From contig NW_021834231.1 of NCBI RefSeq assembly GCF_006345805.1, forward strand, positions 9,237 through 73,236: a stretch of DNA of 64,000 bases. Reading direction: 5' to 3'. Numbering within the stretch: the first letter of the stretch is position 1; every line of letters begins with the position of its first letter. The position numbers were made by a program, and so were the translations under genes. The notes below the pieces were generated by a model. It worked only from the letters and a program-made list of their open reading frames with translations, was not told where the DNA came from and made no database searches. Shown piece after piece: positions 57,341-64,000 of this stretch. The stretch comes from Octopus sinensis (lineage: Eukaryota).

Positions 57341-57400
57341 TATTTCTAATGAGTATCAATTTCATTCTGAGATTCTCATTGTTCCATGGGTAAAATATTT

Positions 57401-57807
57401 ACCTATTTCTTTACTACCCACAAGGGGCTTAACACAAACAAGGACAGACAAATGGATTAAGTCGATTACATCGACCCAGTGCGTAACTGGTACTTATTTA
57501 ATCGACCCCGAAAGGATGAAAGGCAAAGTCGACCTCGACGAATTTGAACTCAGAACGTAACAGCAGACGAAATACCTATTTCTTTACAACCCACAAGGGA
57601 CTAAACATAGAGGGGACAAACAAGGACAGACAAACGGATTAAGTCGATTATATCGACCCCAGTGCGTAACTGGTACTTAATGTATCGACCCCGAAAGGAT
57701 GAAAGGCAAAGTCGACCTCGGTGGAATTTGAACTCGGAACGTAGCAGCAGACGAAATACCGCTAAGCATTTTGCCCCGCGTGCGAACAATTCTGCCAGCT
57801 CGCTGCC
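57401..57807 (-). mobile_element. Family A SINE dimer with a 21-bp TSD
   Basis: TCCATGGGTAAAATA.TTACC at 57383-57403 and 57808-57828. Confidence 0.9.
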
Positions 57808-58479
57808 TCCATGGGTAAAATAATTACCGTTAATTGCTTTACTATCGGTGCAGGACCGGCAGAAGCGACAAAAGCGTTCTATAAAATAAATAACAGCTTT
57901 AAAAACAAATAAATACTTGGGTTGGTTCATTTCAGGAAAAACCTTTCAATGCAGTGCTCCAGTATGGTCGCAGTCTAATGACTGAAATAAGTAAAGGAAA
58001 AGAGATACGTAAATTTGAGGTGGTCGAAACAAAATGTAGGGCATGAATAAACTTAAATAACAAGGGTACCTCCTCACTTATGTAATATAATTATGTCTAA
58101 CTGCGGGGTTGTGATTGTTGGTGCATCAAAACTATATCAAACAATTTTAATCAATGAATTCTTTTCTTTTGGAGCAAGAAGAAAAATTATTGTTAGAAGA
58201 TACACAAATGTGATTTTAGTCAGTGGTAATTAATTACATACAATGAAAGAAGATATAATGATTAAATAGGTTTCAATTTCAATAGCTAGGCAAGCAAAAA
58301 TATCGATTAGAAATCTGAATATTTATTACAAGCATATTCCAGTGAACTTGACGCATAAGGTATAGATTTACGCACAAACTCATTGCACACTAATTAAGAG
58401 CATCATGTTTATTCGATAAACTATTGAGAAATTTTGTATTGTATAAAATCGAGATACAGGCGCAGGCATGGCTTTGTAG

Positions 58480-58689
58480 AGGCGGCGAAACGTTAGCACG
58501 CCGGGCGAAATGCGTAGCCGTATTCCGCCTGCCGTTACGTTCTGAGTTCAAATTCCGCTGAGGTCGACTTTGCCTTTCATCCTTTCGGGGTCGATAAATT
58601 AAGTACCAGTTACGCACTGGGGTCGATATAATCGACTTAATCCGTTTGTCTGTCCTTGTTTGTCCTCTCTGTGGGTAGTAAAGAAATAG
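58480..58689 (+). mobile_element. Family A SINE flanked by a 63-bp duplication
   Basis: 58415-58477 is repeated at 58689-58751. Confidence 0.88.
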
Positions 58690-58732
58690 ATAAACTATTG
58701 AGAAATTTTGTATTGTATAAAATCGAAATATA

Positions 58733-59135
58733 GGGGCAGGCATGGCTGTGTGGTAATATGTTTTCTTCCAAACAACCCGGTTTGGAGTTCAGTATCATTG
58801 TGTGATACATTCAGCAAGTGTCTTCTATTACAACGTCGAAGCGACCATATGAGTGGATTTGGTAGACGGAAACGGAAACTGAAAGAAGCCCGTCGTATAT
58901 GTACATATATGCATCTATGTGTCTGTATCATTCTGTCAGTTTTTGTTCGCATCACCGCTTTACAACCTACGTTAGTATGTTTATATCCTTTTAACTAAGC
59001 AGTTCGGCAAAAGAGCCCGATATATTAAGTACAAGAAAAACAGTGCACTGAGATTGATTCATTTGGCTAAAAATTATTCAAGACGATGCTCCAGCATGGC
59101 CGCAATCTAATGACTGAAACAAGTGAAAGATGAAA
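58733..59135 (+). mobile_element. Old family B SINE
   Basis: Diverged head, CORE-like body and tail. Confidence 0.8.
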
Positions 59136-59704
59136 CATAAAAGACGCCCAATCAATGGTAACAAGTGAGACCTTACGTACGATGCCCATTTTATATATGT
59201 GGTTCATTTATTTTCCCTTAATATTTTCTTTTTAAGTCACTACTAATCGCAGAGCGACATACACCAACTTTTTATTCGTACATATACATACATATACCCA
59301 GACCTATTCCCCATCTTATTCTTTTTTAGAACCGGGTAGCTCCAGCAGACATTCTATTCATTTCCCAGCTCAAAGAAGCGAGTCCCGTTCAATGCTCGGG
59401 TCACGGCATAGAACGCAACTCCAGTATCAACAGCGAGGCCCGACAGTATATTTTGGTTTACCCCCGCCACATCATGCTGGTTCCCTACCCTTTTCAGCAA
59501 CACCAAAATTCACTCATCCATCCACAGACACTCTCCAAGCTGTCCTATCATCTATAAACTCTCTTGCCTCTCTCATTCCTACACCTCTAACTACCAACTT
59601 TTCATGGTAGATGTTAATATTACCTTCTAACCATAAAAGCTATTAGGTCCTCAAATAGAAAAGAAAAACAGTTTTGCCAATGTTTTATAAATACAAGGAT
59701 AGTT

Positions 59705-59910
59705 TTATACATCAAAGTATGCACCCATATTTTCAATACATTTTTGCCATTTCAGCGGTAGCTTGTCCTGCTGCCTGGAACTGTAAAAGCCTGGCAATCT
59801 AGAGACAATAAAATCTTGGAAGGTCTGCTTTACAGCATCATCGGAATTATTTTTTTTTCCTATCAAAAAGTTATACAAATTCTGGAAGAAGTGGTAGTCA
59901 GTGGGTGTAT
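59705..59910 (-). mobile_element. Mariner transposase C-terminal fragment
   Basis: PTDYHFFQNLYNFL...FY...KLPLKWQKCIENMGAYFD. Confidence 0.88.
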
Positions 59911-60084
59911 AGTGGATGAGGGAGAGTTTCACACGTATACTCGGCCAGTGGCGGAAATAAGGCAAAGGATGACTTGCCCGAGAAAATAGTATTCTGCCAC
60001 TGCTCTATGGACCAATTCCGTAGGTTTTTACTCCACTCTAAACGCTTTGCAACGTTTGTTTTTGAAAGTAATGTTTTTCTGATT

Positions 60085-60961
60085 ATACCCCTCCCTTGAA
60101 ATCCAGCTTTGTGCAGCTACCGGCGAACATTTTTTGTGGAAACTGGGTTCTCAAAGGGGTCATTAAGCTCTGCAGTAATTTTGGGAGCTGTACCTTTATG
60201 ATCCTTTCTAACAATTCGCGCAAAAGTCCGACGGTCCCTTTTGGTTTTCTTCAGGAATTTTGTTTCAAATGCTATCATTACTTTGGAGACAGTACTTCTT
60301 GAAACACCAAACATTTCGGCTGTTTTCGTTACGCTAGCACCTGCTATACGAGCACCAAAAATTTGATCTCTTTGAAAGTCCGATAGATCTGCCATTTTAA
60401 TGAATTTTAGTTACATTTTTCTGATGATATCTGAAAAGAAACAGCAATTTTAGCAAAACATTAAACAACAAGCATAATTAAATCTCAGAATGAGATTGAA
60501 ACAGTAATCGCTCGATAATGTATAGAAGCCATCTTATCATGGCTAACAACATTGGGGTGGGGGTGTTACTGTAGCTTTATAGCCCCAAGAGATCTTCGTC
60601 TCTAGCTGTCTTTAGACACAATATCAGTGTCCTTGGAGTATTTGCAAAGGGAGGCCATCCCTTCGTCGCAAGCCTCAGGCTTGCGAGGAGGGATGGCCTC
60701 CCTTTGCAAAGACTCCAAGGACACTGATATTGTGGTAAAGACAGATAGAGACGAAGATCTCTTGGGGCTATAAAGCTACAGTAACACCCCCACCCCAATG
60801 TGGTTAGCCATGATAAGATGGCTTCTATACTTTACAATATTAAACAACACTAATAATAAATAAAAAAACATAAAAATAAACAAGTTTTTGATGGTTTTAT
60901 AGATATTTTAAAATTATGATGCTATGATGCTAGGTGTTTCCATTGTTTTGTTCAATCCTTG
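60085..60961 (-). mobile_element. Tc1-like element, 5' half, interrupted by a hairpin insertion
   Basis: MADLSDFQRDQIFGARIAGASVTKTAEMFGVSRSTVSKVM (HTH); TIR-like TA|CAAGGATTGAACAAAACAATGGAAACAC ending at about 60961. Confidence 0.85.
60520..60830. repeat. Near-perfect 311-bp palindrome (head-to-head element ends)
   Basis: Arms of about 155 bp centred on AAGCCT-C-AGGCTT at about 60676; the insertion is flanked by ATTAAACAACA at 60460-60470 and 60839-60849. Confidence 0.92.
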
Positions 60962-61380
60962 TATATATATATATATATATGAGTGTGTGTATGTATGTAT
61001 GTATGTATGTATGTATGTATGTATGTATGTATGTATGTATGTGTGTGTGTGTGTATGTATGTATGTGTGTGTGTGTGTGTGTGTGTGTGGTTCTAAAGGG
61101 GTTAAGAATCCATACGAATCAAAGCTTATAGTTAAAATGTAAAAGCGGAAACAGCATGGAAGTGTGCCTAAAAATTCTTTTCGTACTTTTTTTCTTTAAT
61201 TGGACAAAACAAGTATTTTCGTATTTGTAAAATTAAGTAACTTTTATAAAATATTTTACATATTTTATAAATGTTACTTGAAGTAACAAATATAAAGTAT
61301 AAAATACTTGTCAGATTAAAGAAAAAAGTAAGTGAAATCTTTAAACATACTTCTGTGATGTTTCCACTTTTAACTTTTAC

Positions 61381-61447
<67 letters not shown>

Positions 61448-61479
61448 CATTGTTTGATTACACTTTTTCAATATCAGTG

Positions 61480-61755
61480 TCATTCGATACTGGAAAAAGT
61501 ATATGTATTTGTGAATGGAACCTACTTCTCATCGACAACTATGATTCTCACACGCCGATGACGGGTCAATACCCTGAAATTCGAGTCCGTGTGTATCATA
61601 AGTTGAAGACGGGAAGGATGGCTTCCCTTTGCAAATACTGATAGGGCACAGAAAGTGTGTCTATAGCCAGCTGGAGGAGGTGTCCTCCTGGGGCTACAAA
61701 CCACAGTAGCATCCACCCTTAGGGGTTAGCCATATTCAAATGGCAAATATACGTC
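61480..61755 (+). mobile_element. Hammerhead-bearing element related to the 60520-60830 palindrome
   Basis: HHR CACACG-CCGATGA-CGGGT-CAAT-ACCCT-GAAA-TTCGA-GTC-CGTGTG (61549-61593); 61612-61750 resembles the right arm of the palindrome. Confidence 0.72.
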
Positions 61756-62399
61756 ACGATGTGTTGCTGCTACTGTTTATAACTCGCTCTGAGATTTATC
61801 ATTGTTATATATATATATATATACATATATATACATGTATAACTCATGTATATGCATGTGTATTACAGATGAGTTGTTAAATTACTCTTCCTTTCTGCTG
61901 CACACAAAAAAAGGATATCAAACACTACGCTTCTAAATTAGCTTTCAGCCTCACTACGCCATTTAATTTTACTCCGACTTCAAAACATTCATCCTAAATA
62001 CAGAATGAATGAAATAATTCTTCTTCCTAGGTGAAGTAAATTCTATGAAGCCTCCGGCTACTACAAATTTCCCCTCACGTAATGAATATTCAGAGATACG
62101 CTCCTTACCTACGTGTATCTTCATTACAATTATGTTAACAAGATCCAGTGCGACAATTTTTTACAATTGATTTAAAAGGAAAACCTATATCCCATAGCTG
62201 CTAATTTTCCCGCATATCATTAAGCTAGACTGATTTATCAGAGGCAAATACATATCTGTTACTTCTCTACGAGTTCAGAGTTAATTTTCAATAAAAGATA
62301 TTAATTTAATACAGCTGTTATTAACACTGGTCGCTCCCATTTCTTATGATTTCTATATACATTGTGTAGTCTTGCTTCCGATATTACAAACCTACAAGG

Positions 62400-62790
62400 T
62401 AGCAATATGACAGAGTCGTTAGCACACCCGACAAAAGGCTTAGCGGTATTTCAGCCGTTTAAGGCGGCGAGCTGGCAGAAACGTTAGCACGCCGGGCGAA
62501 ATGCTTTGCAGTATTTCGTCTGCCGTTACGTTCCGAGTTCAAATTCCGCCGAGGTCGACTTTGCCTTTCATCCTTTCGGGGTCGATAAATTAAGTACCAG
62601 CTACGCACTGGGGTCGATATAATGGACTTAATCTGTTTGTCTGTCTTTGTTCGTGTTCTCTGTGTTTAGCCCCTCGTGGGTAGTAAAGAAATAGGTATTA
62701 CAACCGTTTTTATAGTTTGAGATTTCGCGGTCGATGCAATCAACTTAACTCCACCTTCGGAACTGCTGACCTTCCGCCAAAACCTGAAAT
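62400..62790 (+). mobile_element. Young family A SINE (62461-62694) inserted into an old family A copy
   Basis: Duplication GGTATT.CA.CCGTTT at 62445-62460 and 62694-62709. Confidence 0.88.
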
Positions 62791-62964
62791 CAATAGTAAA
62801 AACTCATGTTAGGAAACTCATTTGATTTCAAAAATTTTCGCACAATTTCCGGTAATTCTCTCTGGGAAAAAAATGTTTAGGCATATAGAAAGCAAAATGC
62901 AAGAATACATAAATGCACAGACTCATATACATACATACATACATGCATCTATGTATGTGTATAT

Positions 62965-63343
62965 GGTGGCAATCCGTCGGTTACGACGACGAGTGTTCCA
63001 GCTGATCCGAACCACGGAGCAGCTTGCTCGTGAAATTAACGTGCAAGTGGCTGAGCACTCCACAGGCACGTCTACCCTTAACGTAGTTCTCGGGGAGATT
63101 CAGCGTGACACAGTGTGTGACAAGGCTGGCCCTTTGAAATACAAGTGCAACAGAAACATGAAGAAAGAGTGAAAGTTGTGGTGAGAAGAGTACAGCAGGG
63201 TCCGCCACCAGCCCCTGCCGGAGCCTCGTGGAGCTTTTGGTGTTTTCGCTCAATAAACACTCATAACGCCTTGCCTGGGAATCGAAACAGCGATCCTAAG
63301 AACGCGAGTCCGCTGCCCTAAGCATTGGGCCATTGCGCCTCCA
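62965..63343 (-). mobile_element. Family C tRNA-derived SINE, full length
   Basis: Head GGAGGCGCAATGGCCCAATGCTTAGGGCAGCGGACTCGC...GTTTCGATTCCCAGG; 3' stem-loop CGTCG-TAAC-CGACG followed by GATTGCCA. Confidence 0.87.
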
Positions 63344-63631
63344 TGTGTATAGTTTACACAAATAAACACACATACATGTATGCATGTGAGTGTGTAGTTG
63401 TATTTATGTATATGTATCAACAATTTTAGAACGAACACAAGAAAATGTATTCAAAATAGGTTGCTGAGTAATTATCAAATGAATTTGGTTAATTGAAAAG
63501 TCATCAGCGATGTTCTCTTAATTAATTACCCAAAATGTTTTTTCGTCCTCTTTCTCGTGTACGTTTTCAGATCGCATATCCATATACGGGTATTTTCATA
63601 ACCATATTCTCGCAATGCACATAACTATGTG

Positions 63632-63693
<62 letters not shown>

Positions 63694-63721
63694 TATTATA
63701 TATATCTAAAATCCTTAAATC

Positions 63722-64000
63722 CTTAAAAATGTTTTAGCCCGAAGGCCGCGGCCATGCTGGGGCACCACCGCGAATGAGCTACACTAGTTTGTGAATCCAC
63801 CTCTGATACGTGGCACTTGATCAACAAGGGAGTTCGATGCTGCTGCCCGCATCCGTGTCTCCTGTCGTGAGGTAGGTAATCTGGGACTCCCAACAAGAAG
63901 AGATCCAGTTTAGTTTTAAAGAAACCCACATCCACACCATGTAAGTCTCTCAGGCATTTAGGGAGATGTTAAAGAGCTGTGGTCCTCTGAAACCCAAGCT
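63722..64000 (-). mobile_element. CR1/L2/Jockey-type LINE 3' end
   Basis: GFRGPQLFN...FFKTKLDLFLLGVPD (typical ORF2 C-terminus), then a tail GGTGCCCCAGCATGGCCGCGGCCTTCGGGCTAAAAC. Confidence 0.8.

Noticed and set aside
63265-63343. tRNA gene
   Set aside because: The tRNA-like head continues into a SINE body that is repeated at 9210-9390, and no proper acceptor stem is evident.

Overview
Eukaryotic, AT-rich and microsatellite-dense DNA. The repeat content resembles an octopod cephalopod genome (inferred from the SINE and LINE families, not proven). I found no intact protein-coding gene; almost all ORFs in the track are translations of microsatellites or decayed transposons. The window holds three tRNA-derived SINE families (labelled A, B and C here). 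It also holds LINE fragments of the RTE, CR1/L2/Jockey, R4/Dong and Tx1/L1 types, one decayed Penelope-like (PLE) reverse transcriptase, Tc1/mariner relics, MITE-like hairpins and a Helitron 3' end. The most notable signal is a set of short non-coding elements from about six unrelated sequence families that carry minimal hammerhead-ribozyme (HHR) motifs and often lie in head-to-head inverted arrangement, as PLEs and retrozymes do. One of them has a tRNA-like Pol III head. Also notable are a SINE that appears to insert into its own family, building about 180-bp GT...AG tandem units, shared SINE/LINE 3' stem-loops, and a local inverted templated duplication at a palindrome. All alignments and folds were read by eye, so element boundaries are approximate.
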